Shown: positions 11,771 to 20,283 of the stretch, piece by piece
Layout: each line of letters starts with the position of its first letter
How positions within the stretch are numbered: position 1 is the first letter of the stretch
Assembly: GCF_000195955.2 (NCBI RefSeq)
Contig: NC_000962.3
Location: forward strand, 150,001 to 182,000
Reading direction: 5' to 3'
Origin: Mycobacterium tuberculosis H37Rv
GTDB lineage: Bacteria; Actinomycetota; Actinomycetes; Mycobacteriales; Mycobacteriaceae
DNA: 32,000 nt
Notes under the pieces: generated by a model
Seen by the model: the letters and a program-made list of their open reading frames with translations, nothing else
Database searches by the model: none
What the model was told of the DNA's origin: nothing
Position numbers and translations under genes: made by a program

Positions 11771-12673
11771 ATGATCGCTCTGCCCGCCTTGGAAGGTGTC
11801 GAACATCGGCACGTGGATGTGGCGGAAGGCGTCAGGATCCACGTTGCGGACGCCGGGCCGGCCGATGGTCCGGCGGTAATGCTGGTGCACGGCTTCCCGC
11901 AGAACTGGTGGGAGTGGCGCGACCTCATCGGCCCGCTGGCCGCCGACGGCAACCGGGTGCTGTGTCCCGACCTGCGCGGCGCGGGCTGGAGTTCGGCGCC
12001 CCGCTCGCGGTATACCAAGACCGAGATGGCTGACGATCTGGCTGCGGTTTTGGACGGCCTGGGTGTGGCCAAGGTCAAGCTGGTGGCCCACGATTGGGGT
12101 GGGCCGGTCGCGTTCATCATGATGTTGCGCCATCCCGAGAAGGTGACCGGGTTTTTCGGCGTGAACACCGTGGCACCCTGGGTGAAGCGCGATCTTGGCA
12201 TGCTCCGCAATATGTGGCGGTTCTGGTATCAGATCCCCATGTCGCTGCCGGTGATCGGCCCGCGGGTGATCAGCGATCCTAAGGGCCGCTACTTCCGGCT
12301 GTTGACCGGGTGGGTCGGGGGCGGATTTCGGGTTCCCGATGACGACGTGCGCCTGTACTTGGACTGCATGCGCGAGCCGGGGCACGCCGAGGCCGGATCG
12401 CGGTGGTATCGCACCTTTCAGACCAGGGAAATGCTGCGCTGGCTGCGCGGCGAGTACAACGACGCTCGGGTCGATGTCCCGGTCCGATGGCTGCACGGCA
12501 CCGGAGATCCGGTGATCACGCCCGACCTGCTGGACGGCTATGCCGAGCGGGCCAGCGATTTCGAGGTGGAGCTGGTCGACGGCGTGGGCCATTGGATCGT
12601 CGAGCAGCGACCCGAGCTGGTGCTCGACCGGGTGCGTGCGTTCCTAGCTGCGGGGACCGAGCAGCGCGATTGA
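11771..12673 (+). CDS. ephF: Alpha/beta-hydrolase fold epoxide hydrolase
   Basis: 300-aa ORF with oxyanion-hole motif HGFPQNWWEW, nucleophile elbow VAHDWGGPVA, and a C-terminal GHW(I) His. Confidence 0.9.
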   Translation: MIALPALEGVEHRHVDVAEGVRIHVADAGPADGPAVMLVHGFPQNWWEWRDLIGPLAADGNRVLCPDLRGAGWSSAPRSRYTKTEMADDLAAVLDGLGVAKVKLVAHDWGGPVAFIMMLRHPEKVTGFFGVNTVAPWVKRDLGMLRNMWRFWYQIPMSLPVIGPRVISDPKGRYFRLLTGWVGGGFRVPDDDVRLYLDCMREPGHAEAGSRWYRTFQTREMLRWLRGEYNDARVDVPVRWLHGTGDPVITPDLLDGYAERASDFEVELVDGVGHWIVEQRPELVLDRVRAFLAAGTEQRD

Positions 12674-13249
12674 CGCATCCACCGCCGGCTCGACGATGTT
12701 CCGGATCGGCTGGCCGTCCTCGACGGTCAGCGCGGTCAGTTCACGCAAACCGCCCAGCAAGATTACGGCCAGTGGCACATTCAGTGGCGGTAGGTTAGCC
12801 CGCCGGAACCCAGGGCTGGCGCTGAGCTCGATCAGCAGGCTGGTTAGCTGCTCCATGCCGCGGCGCTGGACGGGGTAAGCGGCGGCACCGAGCGACGGGA
12901 ATTCACGGATCCAACTCAACGTCACCGCCGGCCTGGATTCGATATGGGTGACGTAGGCCTCGACCGCCTGACGAATCTGGTCGTGCCAGTCGGCGTTTGG
13001 ATCGACGGCCGCCCGGATGCTGTTGCCCAACGTCTCGTTGTCCGCTAGCAGGAGTTCCAAAAAGCACTGTTCCTTGCTGGTGAACCGGTCGTAGAACGTG
13101 CGCTTGGATGTGCGGGCGTGCCGGACGATGTCGGAGACGGTGGTGGCGCGATAACCCCGCTCACCGATCGAGGCGACCAGGCCGTCGAGCAACCGTAGCC
13201 GAAACGAGTCGGTCTCGACGACCAACGCGCCGGCGGCGACTGCTGTCAC
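12644..13249 (-). CDS. TetR-family transcriptional regulator
   Basis: 201-aa ORF with an N-terminal TetR HTH (RGYRATTVSDIVRHARTSKRTFYDRFTSKEQ). It is divergent from cyp138, and its 3' end overlaps ephF by 30 bp. Confidence 0.9.
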   Translation of the reverse strand: MTAVAAGALVVETDSFRLRLLDGLVASIGERGYRATTVSDIVRHARTSKRTFYDRFTSKEQCFLELLLADNETLGNSIRAAVDPNADWHDQIRQAVEAYVTHIESRPAVTLSWIREFPSLGAAAYPVQRRGMEQLTSLLIELSASPGFRRANLPPLNVPLAVILLGGLRELTALTVEDGQPIRNIVEPAVDASIALLGPRS

Positions 13250-13279
13250 CCGCGCCTCCTCTACCTATCCCTTGTCAGG

Positions 13280-13330
13280 TTTGGTACCAAAGAGTACCGT
13301 ACTGGACAAGCCACGGTACACCACCGTACC
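13280..13330. promoter_or_regulatory. Cluster of GTAC-core palindromes in the TetR/cyp138 divergent intergenic region (candidate operator)
   Basis: Three elements are seen. TTTGGTACCAAA (13280-13291) is a perfect 12-bp palindrome. AGTACcGTACT (13293-13303) follows it. GGTAC-N6-GTACC spans 13315-13330. Confidence 0.35.
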
Positions 13331-13365
13331 ACGCCCGATCCAGGGACGTTAGGAGCAACACCGCC

Positions 13366-14691
13366 ATGAGCGAAGTCGTCACCGCCGCACCGGCACCGCC
13401 CGTAGTCCGACTTCCCCCGGCGGTCCGCGGGCCGAAGTTGTTCCAGGGATTGGCCTTCGTGGTGTCACGGCGACGGCTGCTGGGGCGGTTCGTGCGTCGC
13501 TACGGCAAGGCCTTCACCGCCAATATCCTGATGTACGGCCGGGTCGTGGTGGTCGCCGACCCGCAGCTAGCCAGGCAGGTCTTCACCAGCAGTCCTGAGG
13601 AGCTGGGCAACATCCAGCCCAACCTGAGTCGGATGTTCGGTTCCGGCTCGGTGTTCGCGCTGGACGGCGACGACCACCGGCGGCGGCGCCGGCTACTGGC
13701 GCCGCCTTTCCACGGCAAGAGCATGAAGAACTACGAGACCATCATCGAAGAGGAGACCCTGCGCGAGACCGCCAATTGGCCGCAAGGACAGGCTTTCGCA
13801 ACGCTGCCGTCAATGATGCATATCACGCTCAACGCCATCCTGCGTGCGATCTTCGGGGCCGGCGGCAGTGAACTAGACGAGCTGCGCCGCCTCATTCCGC
13901 CGTGGGTCACGCTGGGCTCGCGCCTGGCGGCGCTACCGAAACCCAAACGCGACTATGGCCGCCTTAGCCCGTGGGGCCGGCTGGCCGAGTGGCGGCGCCA
14001 GTACGACACTGTCATCGACAAGCTCATCGAAGCCGAGCGGGCCGACCCGAACTTCGCCGATCGGACCGACGTATTGGCGTTGATGCTGCGCAGCACTTAC
14101 GACGACGGTTCCATCATGTCGCGCAAGGACATTGGCGACGAGCTGCTCACGCTGCTGGCCGCCGGGCACGAAACCACGGCGGCGACACTGGGCTGGGCGT
14201 TCGAGCGGCTCAGCCGGCACCCCGACGTGCTCGCGGCTCTGGTCGAGGAGGTCGACAACGGCGGTCACGAGCTGCGTCAAGCGGCGATCCTGGAGGTACA
14301 GCGGGCCAGGACCGTCATCGATTTTGCGGCTCGTCGCGTCAATCCACCCGTTTACCAGCTCGGCGAGTGGGTGATTCCCCGCGGGTATTCGATCATTATC
14401 AATATCGCCCAGATACATGGCGATCCCGACGTCTTCCCGCAGCCGGATCGCTTCGACCCGCAGCGCTACATCGGAAGTAAGCCATCCCCGTTTGCGTGGA
14501 TCCCTTTTGGTGGCGGGACCCGCCGCTGTGTCGGGGCCGCATTCGCCAACATGGAGATGGATGTGGTGCTGCGAACGGTGCTGCGCCACTTCACCCTCGA
14601 GACCACCACGGCCGCGGGCGAGCGCAGCCACGGTCGAGGAGTTGCATTCACCCCGAAGGATGGCGGTCGGGTGGTGATGCGCCGACGCTGA
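13366..14691 (+). CDS. cyp138: Cytochrome P450
   Basis: 441 aa from ATG 13366 with AGGAG at 13351-13355. Heme-thiolate loop FGGGTRRCVGAAFA, I-helix AAGHETTA, and ExxR (EVQRAR). The 527-aa ORF-track version is an unsupported 5' extension across the intergenic region. Confidence 0.93.
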   Translation: MSEVVTAAPAPPVVRLPPAVRGPKLFQGLAFVVSRRRLLGRFVRRYGKAFTANILMYGRVVVVADPQLARQVFTSSPEELGNIQPNLSRMFGSGSVFALDGDDHRRRRRLLAPPFHGKSMKNYETIIEEETLRETANWPQGQAFATLPSMMHITLNAILRAIFGAGGSELDELRRLIPPWVTLGSRLAALPKPKRDYGRLSPWGRLAEWRRQYDTVIDKLIEAERADPNFADRTDVLALMLRSTYDDGSIMSRKDIGDELLTLLAAGHETTAATLGWAFERLSRHPDVLAALVEEVDNGGHELRQAAILEVQRARTVIDFAARRVNPPVYQLGEWVIPRGYSIIINIAQIHGDPDVFPQPDRFDPQRYIGSKPSPFAWIPFGGGTRRCVGAAFANMEMDVVLRTVLRHFTLETTTAAGERSHGRGVAFTPKDGGRVVMRRR

Positions 14692-14711
14692 CGGCCAGCT
14701 CGGGCCCGCGT

Positions 14712-15260
14712 TCAGGTCCCGAGTTCGGGTGAAAGGCTGGCCCGCAGTGCAGATTCGGCGGTCCGTCGGGGTAGCCTCCAGCCGGGCCGGACGAAGTGGC
14801 ACGTGTACCCGTTGGGGTAGCGCTGCAGGTAGTCCTGGTGCTCGGGTTCGGCTTCCCAGAAATCCCCGGCCGGGCTGACCTCGGTCACCACCTTGCCGGG
14901 CCACAGGCCGGATGCCTCGACATCGGCGATGGTGTCCAGCGCGATCCGCTTTTGCTGCTCATCGAAGTAGAAGATGGCCGACCGGTAGCTGGTCCCCCGG
15001 TCGTTACCTTGCCGGTCTTTGGTTGTCGGGTCGTGGATCTGGAAGAAGAATTCCAGCAGGGTGCGGTAATCGGTGACCGTGGGGTCGAAGATGATTTCGA
15101 CGGCTTCGGCGTGCGTGCCGTGGTTACGGTAGGTTGCGTTGGGGATGTTCCCGCCGCTGTAGCCCACCCGCGTGGAGACCACACCGGGCTGGTTGCGGAT
15201 CAGATCCTGCAGCCCCCAAAAGCAGCCGCCGGCGAGGATCGCTTTCTGATTGCTCGTCAT
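14712..15260 (-). CDS. msrA: Peptide methionine-S-sulfoxide reductase
   Basis: 182-aa ORF with active-site GCFWG near the N-terminus. GGGAGG lies about 7 nt upstream of ATG 15260. Confidence 0.95.
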
Positions 15261-15281
15261 TTCCGGACCTCCCGATCAGGC

Positions 15282-15303
15282 TACACTCCGGCGATGGAGT
15301 GTA
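15282..15303. promoter_or_regulatory. 8-bp inverted repeat in the msrA / 15323-ORF divergent region (possible operator)
   Basis: TACACTCC (15282-15289), a 6-nt spacer, then GGAGTGTA (15296-15303), in a 62-bp intergenic region. Confidence 0.25.
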
Positions 15304-15322
15304 ACGGCGCGAAGACCGCACT

Positions 15323-15826
15323 GTGAGCGCTTCGGAGTTCTCCCGTGCTGAACTCGCCGCCGCCTTCGAGAAGTTCGAGAAGACCGTGGCCCGCGCCGCC
15401 GCGACGCGCGACTGGGATTGCTGGGTGCAGCACTACACCCCCGACGTCGAATACATCGAGCACGCGGCGGGCATCATGCGAGGCCGCCAGCGGGTACGTG
15501 CCTGGATTCAAGAAACGATGACGACCTTCCCGGGCAGTCACATGGTGGCCTTCCCGTCGCTGTGGTCGGTGATCGACGAGTCCACCGGGCGAATTATCTG
15601 CGAATTGGACAACCCCATGCTCGACCCCGGCGACGGCAGCGTGATCAGCGCGACGAACATTTCGATCATCACCTATGCCGGCAATGGCCAGTGGTGCCGT
15701 CAAGAAGACATCTACAACCCGTTGCGGTTCCTGCGGGCGGCGATGAAGTGGTGTCGCAAGGCGCAGGAGTTGGGCACCCTCGACGAGGACGCGGCGCGTT
15801 GGATGCGCCGGCATGGAGGTCCTTAA
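15323..15826 (+). CDS. Small conserved protein, probably NTF2/SnoaL-like fold
   Basis: 167-aa ORF from GTG 15323. The sequence pattern (…DWDCWVQHYTPDVEYIEH…, …ISIITYAGNGQWCRQEDIYNP) resembles SnoaL-type domains. Its stop TAA 15824-15826 abuts the next ATG. Confidence 0.75.
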   Translation: MSASEFSRAELAAAFEKFEKTVARAAATRDWDCWVQHYTPDVEYIEHAAGIMRGRQRVRAWIQETMTTFPGSHMVAFPSLWSVIDESTGRIICELDNPMLDPGDGSVISATNISIITYAGNGQWCRQEDIYNPLRFLRAAMKWCRKAQELGTLDEDAARWMRRHGGP

Positions 15827-16849
15827 ATGAACGCACCCAAGCTGGTCATTGGCGCGAACGGCTTCCTGGGTTCGCACGTGACTCGCCAGCTCGTCGCCGA
15901 CTGCGCGCCGCAGAAAGGTGAGGTACGCGCGATGGTGCGACCCGCTGCCAACACCCGGAGCATCGACGATCTACCGCTCACCCGATTCCACGGCGACGTC
16001 TTCGACACCGCCACCGTGGCCGAGGCGATGGCCGGCTGCGACGACGTCTACTACTGTGTGGTCGACACCCGCGCCTGGTTGCGCGATCCCTCCCCGCTGT
16101 TTCGCACCAATGTGGCAGGCCTGCGCAACGTCCTCGATGTGGCCACAGACGCCAGCCTGCGCAGGTTCGTCTTCACCAGCAGTTATGCGACGGTGGGTCG
16201 TCGGCGTGGACACGTGGCGACCGAAGAAGACCGGGTGGATACCCGCAAGGTGACTCCTTACGTGCGGTCCCGGGTGGCGGCCGAGGATCTGGTGCTGCAA
16301 TACGCGCACGACGCAGGTCTGCCCGCCGTCGCGATGTGTGTGTCGACAACCTACGGCGGCGGCGACTGGGGCCGCACCCCACACGGCGCCTTCATCGCGG
16401 GCGCGGTGTTCGGCAGGCTGCCTTTCACGATGCGCGGCATCCGGCTGGAGGCGGTGGGTGTCGACGATGCTGCGAGGGCGCTGATCTTGGCGGCCGAACG
16501 CGGGCGCAACGGCGAACGGTACCTCATCTCCGAACGCATGATGCCGTTGCAAGAAGTGGTGCGGATCGCCGCGGATGAGGCCGGTGTCCCGCCGCCACGA
16601 TGGTCGATCTCGGTGCCGGTGCTTTACGCCCTGGGTGCGTTGGGCAGTTTGCGAGCCCGACTCACGGGCAAAGATACCGAACTCAGCCTGGCGTCGGTGC
16701 GCATGATGCGTTCCGAGGCCGATGTCGACCACGGCAAGGCCGTCCGCGAGTTGGGTTGGCAGCCACGTCCGGTGGAGGAGTCGATCCGGGAGGCCGCCCG
16801 GTTCTGGGCGGCGATGCGCACCGTCGGGAAGGACCCCGCGGCCTCGTGA
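15827..16849 (+). CDS. NAD(P)-dependent epimerase/dehydratase-family (extended SDR) oxidoreductase
   Basis: 340-aa ORF with N-terminal Rossmann motif GANGFLGSH. The catalytic-region motif reads YVRSR where YxxxK is expected. Confidence 0.85.
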   Translation: MNAPKLVIGANGFLGSHVTRQLVADCAPQKGEVRAMVRPAANTRSIDDLPLTRFHGDVFDTATVAEAMAGCDDVYYCVVDTRAWLRDPSPLFRTNVAGLRNVLDVATDASLRRFVFTSSYATVGRRRGHVATEEDRVDTRKVTPYVRSRVAAEDLVLQYAHDAGLPAVAMCVSTTYGGGDWGRTPHGAFIAGAVFGRLPFTMRGIRLEAVGVDDAARALILAAERGRNGERYLISERMMPLQEVVRIAADEAGVPPPRWSISVPVLYALGALGSLRARLTGKDTELSLASVRMMRSEADVDHGKAVRELGWQPRPVEESIREAARFWAAMRTVGKDPAAS

Positions 16850-16909
16850 TCCGAAAAGGCCTAGGGACGCTGCCGGGAATGTTGATCGCCGGCACGTGTT
16901 GCACAGGTC

Positions 16910-17290
16910 ATGAGCAACCGGATTGTGTTAGAACCCAGCGCCGATCACCCGATCACCATCGAGCCGACCAACCGACGGGTGCAGGTACGCGTCAATGGCG
17001 AGGTGGTCGCGGACACGGCCGCGGCGCTGTGCTTGCAGGAAGCCAGTTACCCTGCAGTGCAATATATTCCGTTGGCCGACGTGGTACAGGATAGGCTGAT
17101 CCGCACCGAGACCAGCACCTATTGCCCGTTCAAGGGTGAAGCCAGCTATTACAGCGTGACTACCGACGCCGGCGACATCGTCGACGACGTGATGTGGACG
17201 TACGAAAACCCTTATCCGGCGGTAGCGGCGATCGCGGGGCATGTCGCGTGCTATCCGGACAAAGCCGAAATCAGCATCTTCCCGGGGTAG
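16910..17290 (+). CDS. Small conserved protein (I believe DUF427 family)
   Basis: 126-aa ORF that uses codons consistently with its neighbours. No SD is seen. The family assignment is from memory only. Confidence 0.7.
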   Translation: MSNRIVLEPSADHPITIEPTNRRVQVRVNGEVVADTAAALCLQEASYPAVQYIPLADVVQDRLIRTETSTYCPFKGEASYYSVTTDAGDIVDDVMWTYENPYPAVAAIAGHVACYPDKAEISIFPG

Positions 17291-17681
17291 CGCAGGCTAC
17301 CGGGTATACCTCGGCCAACGACTGGGTGTCGCTGTATTCGCGCAGCGAGATGATCATCCCGTCACGGGTCTCGAAGATGCAGACGAACGGGCTGTCATAT
17401 CGGGTCCGGTCGGCGCTCACACCGTCGCAATGCCCCTCGACCACTACCGTTTCACCCTCGTTGACGCAGCGGATGAGTTCGATGTTGACCTCGAAGACCT
17501 GCTTGCGCCGCTCGACTGCTCGCCGAAACGTCTTCTTGTCCAATTCCGTACGGGTGACGATGCTCCAGTAGGTGAAGTCGTTGCTGAGCAGCGCGAAGCC
17601 TTCGTCGAGATCTCCGCCCTCGCAGAGGCTTTGCAGGAACATCCAGGCCAGTTCGGCTTGCGGGTCGTCGAACGGCGTCAT
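17271..17681 (-). CDS. Small NTF2/SnoaL-like protein
   Basis: 136 aa from ATG 17681. The longer reading from TTG 17720 would overlap the divergent gene. The pattern …GETVVVEGHCDGVSADRTRYDSPFVCIFETRDGMIISLREYSD is typical of SnoaL-like domains. Confidence 0.7.
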   Translation of the reverse strand: MTPFDDPQAELAWMFLQSLCEGGDLDEGFALLSNDFTYWSIVTRTELDKKTFRRAVERRKQVFEVNIELIRCVNEGETVVVEGHCDGVSADRTRYDSPFVCIFETRDGMIISLREYSDTQSLAEVYPVACATPGRC

Positions 17682-17710
17682 CACATCGCCATCTTGTCTC
17701 GGGAGACAGC

Positions 17711-18637
17711 GTGCGGTCAATTGACGTGGTCGTCGAAGCGGTGGTCACCTTCGCGGGGGCGGCCGGCTTCGCGCACACCTTGGCGCCGTTGCGTCGCGGT
17801 CAGCAGGATCCATGCTTTCGGGTCCCCGGTGACGGCACTATCTGGCGGACCAGCTTGCTGCCCACCGGGCCGGTCACCGCGCGGATCAGCCGTGCTGGGC
17901 GCGACGCCGCCCGTTGCGTGGCGTGGGGCAGCGGTGCCGAGGAGTTTGTCGACATGGCGCCCGCCATGCTGGGCGCCGCCGACGACGCCAGCGATTTCGT
18001 GCCGCTGCATCCGGCCGTGGCCGCCGCGCACCGCCGGCTGCCGAACTTGCGCCTGGGCCGCACCGGCCAGGTGCTGGAAGCCTTGATCCCGGCGGTCATC
18101 GAGCAGCGGGTACCCGGCGCCGACGCGTTTCGGTCGTGGCGGCTGTTGGTGTCCAAGTACGGAACGCAGGCCCCCGGTCCGGCGCCACCCGGCATGCGGG
18201 TGCCGCCGTCGGCCGAGGTGTGGCGTCACATCCCGTCCTGGGAGTTTCATCGCGCCAATGTCGACCCGGGGCGGGCTCGCGCGGTGGTGGGTTGCGCGCA
18301 GCGGGCGGCGTCGCTGGAGCGGCTGGTGTCGCTGCCCGCGGCTCGGGCGGCGGAGGCGCTGACATCGTTGCCTGGAGTCGGGGTATGGACCGCGGCCGAG
18401 ACCACACAACGCGTGTTCGGTGACGCCGACGCCGTGTCGGTCGGCGACTACCACATTCCGAAGATGATCGGCTGGACGCTTGTGGGCCGGCCGGTCGACG
18501 ACGCCGGCATGCTCGAGCTGCTGGAGCCGATGCGCCCGCATCGCCACCGGGTGGTCCGCTTGCTCGAAGCCAGCGGCTTGGCGCGTGAGCCGCGCCGCGG
18601 GCCCCGGCTGCCGGTACAGAACATCCGGGCGCTGTAG
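17711..18637 (+). CDS. HhH-GPD superfamily, AlkA-like DNA glycosylase-like protein
   Basis: 308-aa ORF from GTG 17711 with GGGAGA 4 nt upstream. The helix-hairpin-helix plus catalytic-Asp region LPGVGVWTAAETTQRVFGDADAVSVGDYHIPKMIG is colinear with E. coli AlkA ...GIGRWTANYFALRGWQAKDVFLPDDYLIKQRF, as I recall it. Confidence 0.8.
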   Translation: MRSIDVVVEAVVTFAGAAGFAHTLAPLRRGQQDPCFRVPGDGTIWRTSLLPTGPVTARISRAGRDAARCVAWGSGAEEFVDMAPAMLGAADDASDFVPLHPAVAAAHRRLPNLRLGRTGQVLEALIPAVIEQRVPGADAFRSWRLLVSKYGTQAPGPAPPGMRVPPSAEVWRHIPSWEFHRANVDPGRARAVVGCAQRAASLERLVSLPAARAAEALTSLPGVGVWTAAETTQRVFGDADAVSVGDYHIPKMIGWTLVGRPVDDAGMLELLEPMRPHRHRVVRLLEASGLAREPRRGPRLPVQNIRAL

Positions 18638-18703
18638 GGGAGTTTGACGGGGATCTTGCTCGGTCCGGCGCCCCGATTCCCGCCAGATCGGCTGCCGGCG
18701 CCG

Positions 18704-20182
18704 CTAAGCCGTTGTCGGCCGATCACTGCCTCCGCGTTCGGCCTCGGCGGTCTGCCGGTTCAGTCGCTGCGTCTCGTAGATGGTGACGTTGGTGCGAGAC
18801 AACAACAGTGCCGCGATACCGACGGCGATGATCGCTCCAGGCACCACCGAGAACGAGCCGGTCATCTCAGCGACCATGATCATGACGGCCAGCGGCGCGC
18901 GGGAGACACTGCCGAAGCACGCCATCATTGCGACCACGACGAAGATGCCCGGCTCGTGGGGCACCCCGGGCAGCTCGGTGAGCTCGCCTAGCCGCCAGAT
19001 CGCCGCTCCGACGAAGGCGCCGATCACGATTCCCGGCCCGAATAGCCCGCCTGATCCGCCGGTGCCGATCGACAGCGACGTCGCGAGGATCTTGGCGATC
19101 GGCAAGACGATGACGATCCACAACGGGATGCTCAGCAGCGTCCCCCGATCGGCGGCTAGCTGCGCCCAGCCATAGCCGCTGCTCAGGATCTGGGGAATCG
19201 GCAGACCTAACAGCCCGACCAGCAGTCCGCCGATCGCCGGTTTGAGCACCGGGCCCCCGGGCAGCCGGCGCGTAATTGCCACCGACGCGTGAAAGACTCG
19301 GGCATACAAGTAGCCTACGGCGGCTGCGATCAGCCCGATCACCACGAACCACAGTAGTGGCCACGCCTTTTCGAAGCGATACTCGGCGTCGATGTAGCCG
19401 AACAGCGGGTCGAAGCCCAAGAAGGCGCCGAGCACGGCGTAGGCGGTTCCCGAGGCGATGAAACCCGGCAGCAGGTTGCGGTAGTCGAAGTCGTCGCGGT
19501 AGGGGATCGAGGCGCCCAACGCCGCTCCGCCCAGTGGCGCAGCGAAGATGGCGCCGATGCCGGCGCCGATACCCAGCGCTACCGCGGTCCGGCCGTCTTC
19601 GTTGGACAGGTTCAGCCGGCGGGTCAGCAGTGAGCAGAAGCCGGCCGAGATCTGCGCGGTCGGGCCTTCGCGGCCGCCTGAACCGCCCGAGCCGATGGTC
19701 AAGGCGCTGGCCACCATCTTCACCAGCACCGCCCGACCTCGGATGGCGCGCGGATCGCCGTGCACCGACTCGATCGCTTCGTCGGTGCCGTGACCGGTGG
19801 CCTCCGGGGCGAGCTTGGCCACGATCAATGCCGACAGCACCGCCCCGCCCGTCGTCACCAGCGGAATCGCCCACGGACGCGCGAAACCGGTGGACCCGCG
19901 GTGGCCGCCCTCCCCAACGGGAGTGGGAATCTGATAGTCCGCGAGGTAGCCGAGCAGAAACTCGCTGGTGTATTTCAGCGCGAGGTAGAAGACGACGGCG
20001 CCCAGGCCGGCAATGACACCGATCGTGATGCCTAGCAGGAACCATTTGCGCAGGTAGCCCGCGCTCCTGATCGATACGCCGAATCGTCCGCCGGCGGCCT
20101 CGTTCCCGATGTCTTCCGCCTCCGGCATGGTCGGGAGGTTAGCAGCATGCCAAGCGAACACCGACCAGTCGCCCGGCGCCAT
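18704..20182 (-). CDS. ClC-family chloride channel / Cl-/H+ antiporter
   Basis: 492-aa polytopic membrane ORF with ClC selectivity-filter motifs GSGGREGPTAQ (including the gating Glu) and GAIFAAPLGG. Confidence 0.9.
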   Translation of the reverse strand: MAPGDWSVFAWHAANLPTMPEAEDIGNEAAGGRFGVSIRSAGYLRKWFLLGITIGVIAGLGAVVFYLALKYTSEFLLGYLADYQIPTPVGEGGHRGSTGFARPWAIPLVTTGGAVLSALIVAKLAPEATGHGTDEAIESVHGDPRAIRGRAVLVKMVASALTIGSGGSGGREGPTAQISAGFCSLLTRRLNLSNEDGRTAVALGIGAGIGAIFAAPLGGAALGASIPYRDDFDYRNLLPGFIASGTAYAVLGAFLGFDPLFGYIDAEYRFEKAWPLLWFVVIGLIAAAVGYLYARVFHASVAITRRLPGGPVLKPAIGGLLVGLLGLPIPQILSSGYGWAQLAADRGTLLSIPLWIVIVLPIAKILATSLSIGTGGSGGLFGPGIVIGAFVGAAIWRLGELTELPGVPHEPGIFVVVAMMACFGSVSRAPLAVMIMVAEMTGSFSVVPGAIIAVGIAALLLSRTNVTIYETQRLNRQTAEAERGGSDRPTTA

Positions 20183-20283
20183 CCCAGAGTTGGCCAGCGC
20201 TATCCGACGATCAGCAGCGCAACCATGGCCCAGGTCTGGACGTACGCGATCACCGCCGCTGTGCGGCGAGGAGATCCGAAACG

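Noticed and set aside
11513-12592. 359-aa minus-strand ORF opposite ephF
   Set aside because: It is antisense to an ORF with clear epoxide-hydrolase motifs. It has no recognisable domain, and its composition (many His, Pro, Arg, Gly and Ala residues) is typical of an antisense reading of GC-rich coding DNA.
13933-14904. 323-aa minus-strand ORF opposite cyp138 and overlapping msrA
   Set aside because: It is antisense to a P450 with an intact heme loop and runs out of frame into msrA. No domain signal is present.
18867-20045. 392-aa minus-strand ORF within the ClC gene
   Set aside because: It lies on the same strand as the ClC ORF but in a different frame. Its product is Arg-rich and non-hydrophobic, while the ClC frame gives a coherent polytopic membrane protein.
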